From: a bacterium
Lineage (GTDB): Bacteria > Actinomycetota > Acidimicrobiia > Spongiisociales > UBA5794
Direction: 5' to 3'
DNA length: 64,000 nt
NCBI GenBank assembly: GCA_024228555.1
Contig: JAAETI010000304.1
Coordinates: 6,229 to 70,228 of the forward strand
The notes under the pieces are model-generated. The model had not been told where the DNA came from. It did not search any database and saw only the letters and a program-made list of their open reading frames with translations. The translations under genes were made by a program, and so were the position numbers. This document shows, piece after piece, positions 20,175-30,229 of this stretch (position 1 is the first letter of the stretch; the number at the start of each line of letters is the position of its first letter).

Positions 20175-22733
20175 ATGACTTATGTAGGGACCGGAGCCAG
20201 GAGATTTCTGATCCTGGTCGTAGCTATGGCCATGGCCGTAGCGGCACTTGCGCTGCTACCGGCTACCCAGGCCGACGCTGCATTCCCCGGTGCAAACGGC
20301 TGGATCGTCTTTGAAAATGTTGGCGTCATCTATGTGATGCCCGCCGACGGAAGCGCTGCTCCGACGGACGTGAGCAGTTCTGTAACCGGTAACGCTCTTG
20401 CCGACCCGGTCTTCTCACCGGACGGAACCCGGATCGCGCTGTCCCGCGACGACTCGGGTGACGCCAACGTCTGGATCGCCGACTTCAACCCCGCCGGGCC
20501 TTCGCTAGGGGCAATCGGCACCTGGACCCAGGTCACCAACGGCAACGCCGACGGAGAGCCGGCCTGGTCGCCAGACGGCACCGAGATCGCCTTTGTGCGA
20601 CGTATGGCGTTCACGCTCGACGAGGTTGATCTTGGTACGGCGGTCACAGCCAACGACGCCACCGGAGTGACGCTCACCGCATCAGGAGCCGGGTTCGCTG
20701 CTGCCGGTGTGGATTTCGGCGATGCTGTTCGGAATACTTCAGATGGATCCGCGGGCGTTGCGCAGTCGGCGACGGCTAACACCATCACGCTGCAGGCAGC
20801 GCTGACCGGTGGAACGCTGAACACGTGGACTATTGGCGACACCTACGAGGTTGACATCGCTCATCGCCAAATCTTCACCATATCTTCGGCGGGCCCAGCG
20901 CAGGCTGGCACCCAGATCAGCGACGGTGGGGCTACACCCGCCTACGACGACAACTATCCCGATTGGTCACCCGACGGCACCACTATTGCCATGGCGACAA
21001 CTCGGAACGGCAATACCGATATTTACCTGATGGACGACACCGGCGGTTCGCTGGTGAATCTCACCGACGGTATTGGCAATCTCGCCACACGGCCCAACTG
21101 GTCGCCTGACGGCACCCAGTTGGCATTCAACTCACCTGAGGGTGGGGCGGGGACCCACATCTGGATTGCAGAAGCAGATGACAGCGGAACCACCCAGGTG
21201 ACGACTGAGGACACCGTCGATGAGCATGCAGTGTGGTCGCCTGACGGCACCCTGATTGCGTTCCGTCGCGGCGGTGCAAGCGGACAGACGTTCACCGTCG
21301 CCGCAACCGGTGGCGCTGGCGCCCAGGTCTACAGCGTTGCAACACCGGCGTCCCATAATGAGCCCGACTGGCAGGCAACGGTGAGCGGTGTCAACGATGC
21401 CTATGCAGTCAGCGAAGGGGCCACCCTCGTCGTAGCTGCACCCGGCGTTCTTGATAACGACGTGGATCTCGTCATCGGCGCCCAAACCGCCGTGCTCGAC
21501 ACAGGTGTGTCGAACGGAACACTCACACTCGGCAGTAACGGCTCAGTTGCGTACAAGCATGACGGCAGCGAGACGACATCCGACTCGTTCACCTATCACC
21601 CGGTGCAGAACGGTGTTGTCGGTTCGACGGCAACTGTGACCATCACAATCAACCCGGTTGACGATCCGCCAACCGCAGTCGACGACGGCCTGTATGGCGT
21701 TGCTACCGGCGGCACACTTACAGTATCGGCTGCCGAAGGCGTGTTGTTGAACGACATCGATCCTGAGGGCTTGGGACTCACGGCGGCGTTGGTCGCCGAT
21801 GCGACCAGTGGCACCCTCACCTTGAACAGCGATGGTTCGTTCACATACGTCCACAACGGAAGTACTGCGACGACCGACTCGTTCACCTACAAGGCTGTCG
21901 ATCCGGGCACCAACGAGTCCAACGTTGCAACCGTGAGCATTGAGGTCGGTTCTGCGCCACCAACAGTGGAGATTGAAGGTTTGACCGTTGGCGCCACCGG
22001 CGTCCAGTCCATCTTCACCGCTGTTGTTGACGGGACCGGCACCCCGACCTACGCGTGGTCGATCACCGGTGCCTCCGACACGGGCACCGAAGAGACCTTC
22101 CCGTTCACTCCAGCCGCCGGTGGCACGCACACCGTTTCGGTCACAGCGACGGACGCCATCGGGCCGGGTAGCGACACCTTCGAGTTCACCGTAGTTGGTG
22201 ACATCGTCGGTAGCGTGTTCACCGACGACATCATCTGGATGGCCGACCGGGGTATCACCCGCGGTTGTGTAGCGGATGGAACAGAGTTCTGTCCTACGGA
22301 TAGCGTGACACGTGGCCAGATGGCTGCGTTCATGGTCCGGGCCCTCGAGCTGACTGATGATGGTGGTGGCAACAAGTTCATCGATGACGATGATTCCATC
22401 TTTCAAGATGACATTGCCAAGCTGGCGGCGGCGGGTATCACCAGGGGCTGTAACCCACCGGCGAACACGGAATTCTGTCCCAATGATTCCGTCACTCGTG
22501 GCGAGATGGCTGCCTTTATGGTCAGGGCGTTCAACCTGACTGATGATGGTGGTGGCAACAAGTTCATCGATGACGATGGTTCCATCTTTGAAGATGACAT
22601 TGCCAAGCTGGCGGCGGCGGGTATCACCAGGGGCTGTAACCCACCGGCGAACACGGAATTCTGTCCTGATGGGCTCGTGACTCGTGGTGCGATGGCTGCA
22701 TTCATGCACCGTGCCGAAAGCTACCTTCCGTAG
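20175..22733 (+). CDS. Secreted PD40/TolB-like beta-propeller protein with Ig-like domains and three SLH-like repeats
   Basis: Signal peptide ending ADA; repeated P.WSPDGT.IAF; two cadherin-like repeats; SLH repeats; SD ggaagg at 20161. Confidence 0.85.
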   Translation: MTYVGTGARRFLILVVAMAMAVAALALLPATQADAAFPGANGWIVFENVGVIYVMPADGSAAPTDVSSSVTGNALADPVFSPDGTRIALSRDDSGDANVWIADFNPAGPSLGAIGTWTQVTNGNADGEPAWSPDGTEIAFVRRMAFTLDEVDLGTAVTANDATGVTLTASGAGFAAAGVDFGDAVRNTSDGSAGVAQSATANTITLQAALTGGTLNTWTIGDTYEVDIAHRQIFTISSAGPAQAGTQISDGGATPAYDDNYPDWSPDGTTIAMATTRNGNTDIYLMDDTGGSLVNLTDGIGNLATRPNWSPDGTQLAFNSPEGGAGTHIWIAEADDSGTTQVTTEDTVDEHAVWSPDGTLIAFRRGGASGQTFTVAATGGAGAQVYSVATPASHNEPDWQATVSGVNDAYAVSEGATLVVAAPGVLDNDVDLVIGAQTAVLDTGVSNGTLTLGSNGSVAYKHDGSETTSDSFTYHPVQNGVVGSTATVTITINPVDDPPTAVDDGLYGVATGGTLTVSAAEGVLLNDIDPEGLGLTAALVADATSGTLTLNSDGSFTYVHNGSTATTDSFTYKAVDPGTNESNVATVSIEVGSAPPTVEIEGLTVGATGVQSIFTAVVDGTGTPTYAWSITGASDTGTEETFPFTPAAGGTHTVSVTATDAIGPGSDTFEFTVVGDIVGSVFTDDIIWMADRGITRGCVADGTEFCPTDSVTRGQMAAFMVRALELTDDGGGNKFIDDDDSIFQDDIAKLAAAGITRGCNPPANTEFCPNDSVTRGEMAAFMVRAFNLTDDGGGNKFIDDDGSIFEDDIAKLAAAGITRGCNPPANTEFCPDGLVTRGAMAAFMHRAESYLP
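22351..22666 (+). repeat. Near-identical intragenic 130-bp direct repeat (186-bp period) in SLH repeats 2 and 3
   Basis: 22351-22480 vs 22537-22666 differ at only about 2 positions. Confidence 0.85.
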
Positions 22734-22752
22734 CGGAAGCATCAATAACTTG

Positions 22753-22785
22753 AAGAAGGGGCCCCAATTGGGGCCCCTTCTTTTT
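22753..22785 (+). terminator. Intrinsic terminator (perfect 30-bp palindrome, likely bidirectional)
   Basis: aagaaggggcccc-aatt-ggggccccttctt followed by ttt; between convergent genes. Confidence 0.88.
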
Positions 22786-22798
22786 GTCCTTGGCTGAT

Positions 22799-23815
22799 TC
22801 AGCGGCGCAGGCTGTCTTCACCAGGCAAACTGCCGCGTCGGGCCCGGCGTGCCGCAGGCCCGAGCCGCTGACTCCACAGCCGCTTCAGCACATGGCTCGG
22901 ATCTGCAACGACCGCAACGCCGATGTGGAAGACCATGCTGGAGCGATGGCGGTTTGCGAAGGCGATCCCTGCTGCCCTGTAGTGATATTGAGCAACATCG
23001 TCCTGCCGGGTGCGGAAACGCCACAACAACGATTGCTCATGCTCCCAACGGATGTAGTCGTCTCTGCTGATAGGTGCGTCACCGCGGTTGGCGGCGGCGC
23101 GACGGGCCCGCACGTAGCGGTGGGTGCGGCGGCCATCAAAGAAGCGTCGCATCACATTGCTGCTGTGATGAACTCGATACAGAAGCAGTGGCTCCGGTAT
23201 GGCGCGGACAACCCCGTGATCAGCCATCCGGTCACAGAAATCGAGGTCCGCCGCGGTCGATAGGCCCGAGTCATATCCGCCGACTAGTTCGAACAGTTCC
23301 TTGCGATATGCGGCGGTGCCGCCAAAGACCATGGTTGGTTCGCCGCGCTCGCGCATCTTGTTGAACTCTTGAGTTGACGTCGGCCCTGTCCTGGACAGGC
23401 TCAGAATCTCTTCTCGGTCGTTGGTGTGCGAGGCGAAGGACCCAAGGACCGCAAGATCGGGGTCGCCCAACAGCTCCGCGAGCTGTTTCTCGAACCGATC
23501 TGGCATCGAGATGTCATCGGAGTCCATTCGCCCGATGATGGGGGCCCTTGCCGCCGCTGCTCCCTTGTTGAATGCGACCGCCTCGCCTTCGTTCTGAGCG
23601 CTGCGGATGGGACGGATGCGAGCGTCCCCAGCGGCGAGTTCTTCGACGATCTCCCACGTGCGGTCGGTCGATCCATCGTCGACGATTATCAACTCGAGAT
23701 CCGTGAGCGTCTGATCGAGGATGCTTCCGACAGCCCGCTCCAGATACGGCATAGCGTTATAAGCAGGCATCACCACGCTCAGTGCCGGTGTGTGCGGGGT
23801 AGACATGTCACTCAC
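22799..23815 (-). CDS. Glycosyltransferase family 2
   Basis: SVVMPAYN, IIVDDGSTD, MDSDD. Confidence 0.93.
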   Translation of the reverse strand: MSDMSTPHTPALSVVMPAYNAMPYLERAVGSILDQTLTDLELIIVDDGSTDRTWEIVEELAAGDARIRPIRSAQNEGEAVAFNKGAAAARAPIIGRMDSDDISMPDRFEKQLAELLGDPDLAVLGSFASHTNDREEILSLSRTGPTSTQEFNKMRERGEPTMVFGGTAAYRKELFELVGGYDSGLSTAADLDFCDRMADHGVVRAIPEPLLLYRVHHSSNVMRRFFDGRRTHRYVRARRAAANRGDAPISRDDYIRWEHEQSLLWRFRTRQDDVAQYHYRAAGIAFANRHRSSMVFHIGVAVVADPSHVLKRLWSQRLGPAARRARRGSLPGEDSLRR

Positions 23816-25101
23816 GGCAGCACCACCGGGGGTGCAACATCAAGTTCAGAAGGGGCAATACCTTCGGCATAGTGATGCTTGAGCAGGAACCGTGCGCCGG
23901 TGAACCGGAGCAGTCCTTCGAGGATCAAGCCGTAGGGCCGGGCGAAGGCACCTGTGGTGCCTGCCGTAAACGACATGATGAGTAGTGCCGGGCTGGTCAC
24001 TGCGGACAATCCTGCCAGGAGCCTTGTCCGCCCGGCTCCGATGATCTCACTGGTGAGCAGCATCACGAGAGCGCTGATCACGTTTGCCGCAACCGTGACG
24101 GGAACGAGCCACTGGACCTCGTAGGCAGCGGGGACGATGCGCTCCATCGGGTTCAATGCCCAGCTCCAGCCGACGAGCGCAACGTATGCGATCCCGGAAC
24201 CAGTGATGGCAAGCGCATACGCCCGCCAGGTGCGCCACGACGTCCTGGAGTCGAGGGTCATGCCCGCTCGCATTGAGTGCGGCCCGAGGACGGCGACTAG
24301 CCCGGTGGCGAGCACGACTATTGGTTGCGCAACCTGACGGGCGGCTTCCGCATGTCCGTATGCAACCAGCCCGGCGAGTTGGACCAAGACGTTGGCCGCT
24401 GCAAACGCAAACGCCGCAGGCAGCGACGCACGAAGAACCAGCCACTTGCCGGAAGCTACGAGCTTGCGCCACTCGAGGTGCACGTCGCCGCCCGCCCTTT
24501 GTTCCGCCCGCGCCAGTATCCAACCAAAGGCAAGTGAGGCGCTGTTGGCGATAGCGAGTGATCCGAAAGGGATCCAGGCACGGTGGACCGACGTCGTGGT
24601 CAAGGCGACGATTGCAGTTGCGACCACCACGAGTTGCACGACTGACACCTTGGCTGCATCCCAGGACCGTTCTGCAATGTGCAGCATCTTGCGGACATGG
24701 TTTTGCATCGGTGAGAAGAGGATGGTGATGCTTGTGGTCAGAACGAGGGCGACGATTGTCTCCGTCGAGGCCTTGTCTCGCAAGATGATGCCTGCCGCAA
24801 GTGCAACGAGGGCACCAATCGCACTCGGGAGGAGACCCAGACGTAACGCCTTTGAAACGCTGGCGAGTCTTGCAGGTCGCTTTGCCGCGACCGCCACGAC
24901 CTGTGCGGGGACGTAGATGAGTTCGCTGACGATGATGCCACCGAGCATGAACGCCGTGAAGAACACGCCGTAAACACCGCGATCGGTCTCGCTGAGAAGC
25001 GTGACGCCGGTTAGCCCGGCTCCAAAGGACGCGATCGATGCAATCGCAGCATCGACGACCCCCGCCGGCAAGTGACGACGAACCGAGCCTTGGCCCTTCA
25101 C
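23812..25101 (-). CDS. Wzx/MOP-like polysaccharide flippase (paralog 2)
   Basis: AGVVDAAIASIASF, HVRKMLHIAERSW, WIPFG, YEVQWLV shared with 11439-12713. Confidence 0.7.
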   Translation of the reverse strand: MKGQGSVRRHLPAGVVDAAIASIASFGAGLTGVTLLSETDRGVYGVFFTAFMLGGIIVSELIYVPAQVVAVAAKRPARLASVSKALRLGLLPSAIGALVALAAGIILRDKASTETIVALVLTTSITILFSPMQNHVRKMLHIAERSWDAAKVSVVQLVVVATAIVALTTTSVHRAWIPFGSLAIANSASLAFGWILARAEQRAGGDVHLEWRKLVASGKWLVLRASLPAAFAFAAANVLVQLAGLVAYGHAEAARQVAQPIVVLATGLVAVLGPHSMRAGMTLDSRTSWRTWRAYALAITGSGIAYVALVGWSWALNPMERIVPAAYEVQWLVPVTVAANVISALVMLLTSEIIGAGRTRLLAGLSAVTSPALLIMSFTAGTTGAFARPYGLILEGLLRFTGARFLLKHHYAEGIAPSELDVAPPVVLP

Positions 25102-26204
25102 AAGACCTCCCGATACGCTTCGAGGGTCCGTCGGGCGACATTCGACCAGCGGAATCTCTCGGCAAGCGTCTGCCCGTATTTGATGAGGGAATTCTCTGAT
25201 GCGGTCAGCGCTCTGTCCATGGCGGCAGCGAATGATTCGTACTCGTCGTCGAACGGGAAATGCGTGTTTCCCATGACCTCTGCGACGGCGGGGATCTGGT
25301 AAAAAACGACGGCAGTACCCAGGAGGGCGGCTTCCAGCGGCGGTAGCCCGAAACCCTCGTATCCCGAACCGAACACCAAGATGCGGGAGGTCGCGACCAG
25401 GTCGACGAGATCCTCGCTTGCCAGGAATGCTTGCTCGTGTTGGGCACCGGGGATTCTGTCAATGAGAGCGGCGACGTCTTCAGCGACCCGTCCGATGACG
25501 AGCAACTCGATGTCGGGCCCGCTGGCATCGAGATAGCGACCGATCTGTTCGATCGTTTTTTTGGTGAGCTTGTGCGGGTGGGTTGAGCCAAAGACCAGGA
25601 TGCGTTGTTGCTTTGGCCACGCATGACCGCGGGCGGTTACCAGCGAAAGGGCCCCTTCGTGGGTCACGTGGATTGGGGCACCGGGCCGGATCGTCTCCAG
25701 TCGCCCTTTGGTGAAATCGGACACCGCAAGCACCGCATCCGCCTTGCGCAGCGTGTGTTTGATCGATGCCGAGAAGTACTTCGAACGACGGGTAACACCC
25801 TCGGGCCCGAAGTCACCGGCTGCGTAGCGGACGGGGATGTCGTCATGGAGGGTTGCGACGACACGCATGTCCCGGGGTCGGTGCAGTGGGATGAAGCCCT
25901 TGGGGAAGTGCAGCACGTCCGCCCCGGCTTGACGGGCCCAGCGCAGACTCTTGACATGGTCCGTCACCAGTCTCGATATCGCCCTTGATGGTTCGTCGGT
26001 GAGGTGCCATTCCAGATGCGAAAGGTCGGGGAGGAGCTGCTCCATCTCGGTCTTCATGCCGGCATTGCCTAGCACGACCAGTCGTTCCCCTGAGTCGAGG
26101 TTCTGGCTGAGGCCGGAGAGGAGGCCGAGCGAGTAGTTAATGATGCCATGGCTGGCGGTGCGACTCCTGGTCAGGTCAGCCATGTAATACGCGTAGACAG
26201 CCAT
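25098..26204 (-). CDS. Glycosyltransferase family 4
   Basis: TLHDDIP, VSDFTK, YEGFGLPPLEA, FRWSNVARRT. Confidence 0.9.
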   Translation of the reverse strand: MAVYAYYMADLTRSRTASHGIINYSLGLLSGLSQNLDSGERLVVLGNAGMKTEMEQLLPDLSHLEWHLTDEPSRAISRLVTDHVKSLRWARQAGADVLHFPKGFIPLHRPRDMRVVATLHDDIPVRYAAGDFGPEGVTRRSKYFSASIKHTLRKADAVLAVSDFTKGRLETIRPGAPIHVTHEGALSLVTARGHAWPKQQRILVFGSTHPHKLTKKTIEQIGRYLDASGPDIELLVIGRVAEDVAALIDRIPGAQHEQAFLASEDLVDLVATSRILVFGSGYEGFGLPPLEAALLGTAVVFYQIPAVAEVMGNTHFPFDDEYESFAAAMDRALTASENSLIKYGQTLAERFRWSNVARRTLEAYREVL

Positions 26205-26206
26205 AG

Positions 26207-27334
26207 CTACTTCGCCTCGGACAGGTCGGGGGTGCGGCACTCCTCCGCCGTCCACATTTTGGCAGCGAGGTCCAGTTGCTTCTCGATAGCGGTGCAGCGG
26301 GCATCGAGGATGGGTTCGATATGGTCTAGGGATCCGTCGCGAGCAGCCGCCAGGGCCGCCGTGATGTTGGAGGCACCCGATGAAGGTTGTAGCGAGAGTA
26401 TGGAGAGGTCAGCGACGAGGGTTCTGACCTTGTCGACCACAGGTATGGCGACGGGGGTAACCCCATGCAATATCGACAGCAGCAGCGGGTGCATACGTGC
26501 GCTGACCACGACGTCGGCATTTCGATAGTGAGCGAGTCCGGCATCGAGGGTTGCCGGCACCACGTACTCGATGTCGTCAGTTCCGAGGACCTCAGCCATA
26601 CGCGCCAACTCCCCGGCGTCGTAGTCGTTCCTGCGGTCGTGAGCCATCACAGTGACCTGCCAACCCTCTTGGCGTGCGGTCGCTGCGATCACATCGAAGG
26701 TGGCTGCAAGGTCGCCGACCCGCTGTGTATCTCTGTTCGGGATGAGGAGCAGTCGTTGGCCGTCATTCGACGAAGTGCCGCTCTCGATGTCGTCGAGCGT
26801 TAGTGCGATATCGCCGCCGACCGCAGTCTTCTCTGCCGGAAATCCGGCTTCAGTCAATGCCCGTTCTGATGGTGTGTCGCGAACCATGGCCATGTGGGCG
26901 CGGCCGTACATAGTCCTGACGAGCCACTTGGTGGTGCGGCGCAGCACCGGCTCGGCGCCGATGCCGAAGATGATTGGGCGCCCTCCGAACATACGGTTGA
27001 TCAAGGTCAAAACCGCGGTATAACCAACCGGGAAACCAAGTCCGCCGCGGTCATCGATCAGCTGGCCACCGCCACAAACGAGGTCGCTGTGGCGCAGCGC
27101 ACTGAACAAGCGCAGCGGGTGGCGGAAGGAGATCGGCTGCAACCCAAGACGCCTGTAGACGCGATTGGCCTCCTTGTCCGGCTCGTTCTGCACGATAAGA
27201 CTGCGAGGATCGAGATCGCGCCGACGCAAGAGAGACACCAACGCGACGAGGATGGCCTCGTCGCCGATGTTCATACCGCCATACGCCCCCCAGATGGCGA
27301 GCGGACGGTGCCGTGGCTGATCCCGATCTGTCAT
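26207..27334 (-). CDS. Polysaccharide pyruvyltransferase (CsaB-like)
   Basis: GAYGGMNIGDEAIL, GGGQLIDD, GIG, VRDTPS, SARMHP..GVTPVAI..DKV; ATGA overlap with upstream GMC gene. Confidence 0.85.
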   Translation of the reverse strand: MTDRDQPRHRPLAIWGAYGGMNIGDEAILVALVSLLRRRDLDPRSLIVQNEPDKEANRVYRRLGLQPISFRHPLRLFSALRHSDLVCGGGQLIDDRGGLGFPVGYTAVLTLINRMFGGRPIIFGIGAEPVLRRTTKWLVRTMYGRAHMAMVRDTPSERALTEAGFPAEKTAVGGDIALTLDDIESGTSSNDGQRLLLIPNRDTQRVGDLAATFDVIAATARQEGWQVTVMAHDRRNDYDAGELARMAEVLGTDDIEYVVPATLDAGLAHYRNADVVVSARMHPLLLSILHGVTPVAIPVVDKVRTLVADLSILSLQPSSGASNITAALAAARDGSLDHIEPILDARCTAIEKQLDLAAKMWTAEECRTPDLSEAK

Positions 27335-28983
27335 CCGTATCGCTGTCCGATCGTGTCGGCAACGCGGCACGCCCACGCCACGGTGGTCAGCAGGGGGTTG
27401 GCGTAACCCCCGGTCGGAAACACCGACGAGTCGGCAACGTACAGGTCCTGGACGGTGTGCGCCTTGCCATCGGGATCGACTACCCCACGGGTCGGGTCTG
27501 TCGACATCCGTGCTGTGCCCAGATGGTGGTGTCCGCCGCGGATGTTGGGGCCCCACTCGTTGTTGTCCTCGGTGAACGCCTGCTCGGGTACCAACTTCCC
27601 GAGTCCCGAATCCTCGAGTTGCTTGCCGACGATCTTCTGAGCCCGTGCGATCGACTCCTTATCAATTCGGCTGAGGCGCCAATCGAGACGCAGTTGGGGG
27701 ACCCCAAGCGCATCGCACCGGTCTCCGAGCGTGATGCGGCTGTCACGGTTCGGTGATTGTTCGCTCTGGGTATAGAGCGCAAGCTCGCGAGGACGACGCA
27801 GTGCTTCGTGATAGATGACTTTGGCGATCTCGGGCGAGCCCTTGATCAATCGGCCCGTCAGTGTGCCGACCCCTTCGGGCAGGGACCGAGTTCGCATCTG
27901 ATCGAAGAAACGCCGAGGAGACCGCAGGTTGCCTACCGCAAGTTTGAATGCCTGATATGCATCCGAGTCCTCTCTACTGACCGGGCTCACGGTCCGGAAG
28001 TGTGTTGAGAAGTTGAGCAGGTGGTCTGATTCGGTTCGGCCACGGGCGACGGTGTAGGCAACCTTCATTGCGCCCGCCGGACGTTGCAAGGCGAGCCGGG
28101 CCCTTGCTCCGGAGATTCCCTTGTCAATGGCTGGCAATTCGGACCGGTTCATCACGCCGGAAGGGAACAACTCGATGCGCCCGGTGACCAGATGAGGATG
28201 TTCCATGAAGTAGCGGCCAACCGTGTCGTTCTCGTTGGCGAGACCGGCAGGGTTTGCGTCATTGGATGCAAGGAGGAGCCGGGCTGTTTCCATTGCGCCA
28301 GGTGCAAGCACCACGACTCGGCCGGAGACGGTGAACTGGTTGCCGTCGAGACTGGCGACCTTGACTCCTCTTGCCTGCTTCCCATCCGGGTCGCTAACAA
28401 CCTCGGTCGCCGTTGCGTTGACGATCGTGGAGATCTGCGTCGACTTCGTCAGCCGTTCGCGGTAGGCGATACCAAATTTGGTGGGAGGGGACCCCTGCCA
28501 CAGCGCGATCTCCACGTCGCCACCGACGAAGGGCTGGAGATAAAGGGGAGGCAGGCTCGTGCTCGAGTTCGGGGTCCATTCTTCGCTTTCGAGTTGGCAG
28601 AGAACGCCGGCAGCCCGGTAATACGGCTGCATGGCTTCGTACGAGACTGGCCAGCCGCTGTCGGGGACCCAATCACGTTTCTCGAAATCCAGCGGATCCA
28701 TGGGGCGACACCACCCGGCCCATTTGTGGCTGGAGCCACCGAGAACACGGTGTCGGGTGAGGATCAGGTCGTAGTAGTCGAGGCCGATGTTGTCGCCAAC
28801 ATTCAGGTCCTGCGCTGGGGGCTCTGCGGTCAGCCCGCCGCTTTCGAGGACAACGATCTTGAGGCTCGTCGCCTCGCTCAGGCGAAGAGCAAGCGAGATA
28901 CCGGCCGGCCCTCCTCCTACCACGCATACGTCGGTTTCGAGAACCGTATCTCTGGGAATCTGTGCGGCGTCCTGGATCGCCAT
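27331..28983 (-). CDS. GMC-family FAD oxidoreductase
   Basis: VVGGGPAG, LGGSSHKWAG, VGRYFMEHP, HHHLGTARM, YVADSSVFPTGGYANP. Confidence 0.92.
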   Translation of the reverse strand: MAIQDAAQIPRDTVLETDVCVVGGGPAGISLALRLSEATSLKIVVLESGGLTAEPPAQDLNVGDNIGLDYYDLILTRHRVLGGSSHKWAGWCRPMDPLDFEKRDWVPDSGWPVSYEAMQPYYRAAGVLCQLESEEWTPNSSTSLPPLYLQPFVGGDVEIALWQGSPPTKFGIAYRERLTKSTQISTIVNATATEVVSDPDGKQARGVKVASLDGNQFTVSGRVVVLAPGAMETARLLLASNDANPAGLANENDTVGRYFMEHPHLVTGRIELFPSGVMNRSELPAIDKGISGARARLALQRPAGAMKVAYTVARGRTESDHLLNFSTHFRTVSPVSREDSDAYQAFKLAVGNLRSPRRFFDQMRTRSLPEGVGTLTGRLIKGSPEIAKVIYHEALRRPRELALYTQSEQSPNRDSRITLGDRCDALGVPQLRLDWRLSRIDKESIARAQKIVGKQLEDSGLGKLVPEQAFTEDNNEWGPNIRGGHHHLGTARMSTDPTRGVVDPDGKAHTVQDLYVADSSVFPTGGYANPLLTTVAWACRVADTIGQRYG

Positions 28984-29038
28984 CCTTGCTCCTGTTGTCG
29001 TATCTATGTCCGAACTGGCCGGTCCCGAGAGAGAAGGG

Positions 29039-30229
29039 TCAGATCGCTTTCAAAATCGTCTGCTCCAATTCCTTGATCGCAGCCTTGCGATCGAGGAGGG
29101 GAGAGGCGTCGGCTTCGGTCGCCGCAAAGTGGCTGTCAAGGGCGGCGGCAAAGCCGTTGATGACATGGTCGACACTCCCTATTGCGACCCGGGCCACCCG
29201 GCTGTCATCGGTCGCTCTCCTGGCAATCGAACCCGCCCCACCGTGGTCGAGAACGATGACGCGCCGAGCTGTGTAGAACGCCTCGGTCAGTGCCAATCCT
29301 CCTTCTTCACGCAGTCCGGTGAAGACTGTAGTTGTCGCATGCCTCATCAGCTCGATTGCCTCACCGCGAGTGACCCATCCCGGGAACTCGATGCGGTCGG
29401 CGACACCCAGCTCGGTGGCCAGTTGCTCCAGAGCGGAGCGTTGCGGACCATCGCCAACCATCACCAGCCGGATGTCCTTGCTAGCCCGGGCCAGCGCCTC
29501 GATGGCAAGCCGGCCTCCCTTGCGAGTCTCCATAAGCGAGGCCCACAAGGCATAGCGCTTGTCCTCCAGGGATTCCGCGGGCGGAACCTCGTTGAATACT
29601 GCGTGATTGAGGACGACCGCATTTGGCTGCACCTCGGCGGGGAGTGCGTGCAGGGTTTCGTCGTTCTGCACGATGGCGACGGTTGCCCGCCGTGCAGTTC
29701 GTCGACTCGCCGGAAGTCGCGCCATTGTCCGGATACCAAGGATGTCGAGAACCTCCTGGGCGACGCCACTCTTGCCCAGGAGCGGCCACAAATCCCGCGG
29801 TGTCTTCACTGCTCCTCCGACCGGGCCCCATACCGAGGGGACACCGAGCGAGTTGGCTGGTGTCGGTAACCAGTAGACCGAAAGTGTCACATGGCTGATC
29901 GCATCGATCTTCATCGTCGCAATGATTTGCTTGGCGGTGCGGTGCGCTTTCCTAAGCCACCATTGGTAGTGGATGAAATGCGGAATCCTGTGCCAGCGCA
30001 TCCATTTGCCCCCTAGCCGGTCGGGGACTTCCACAAACATCGGGTGTGGCCCAGGAGTCGTCGCCAGCCACTCGCGGACGTCGGCGGCTCGAGCGCTGCC
30101 GGTGAGTACGACGAGGTCGGCGATCTTGTGTAATGCCATGACCATTCCCCAACCGGCACCGGGCTCGGACCCTACGTTTGGTCCGCAAGCGTGGGCGAAG
30201 ACAAGCAGACGAGGCCGAGCCGAACTCAC
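29039..30229 (-). CDS. Glycosyltransferase family 4
   Basis: ACGPNVGSEPGAGW, RKG, VGDGP, LREEGGLALTEA; GTG start overlaps upstream stop. Confidence 0.88.
   Translation of the reverse strand: MSSARPRLLVFAHACGPNVGSEPGAGWGMVMALHKIADLVVLTGSARAADVREWLATTPGPHPMFVEVPDRLGGKWMRWHRIPHFIHYQWWLRKAHRTAKQIIATMKIDAISHVTLSVYWLPTPANSLGVPSVWGPVGGAVKTPRDLWPLLGKSGVAQEVLDILGIRTMARLPASRRTARRATVAIVQNDETLHALPAEVQPNAVVLNHAVFNEVPPAESLEDKRYALWASLMETRKGGRLAIEALARASKDIRLVMVGDGPQRSALEQLATELGVADRIEFPGWVTRGEAIELMRHATTTVFTGLREEGGLALTEAFYTARRVIVLDHGGAGSIARRATDDSRVARVAIGSVDHVINGFAAALDSHFAATEADASPLLDRKAAIKELEQTILKAI

Noticed and set aside
20175-20230. Tat signal (ARRFL) on the TolB-like protein
   Set aside because: Does not fit S/T-R-R-x-F-L spacing; an ordinary Sec signal is adequate
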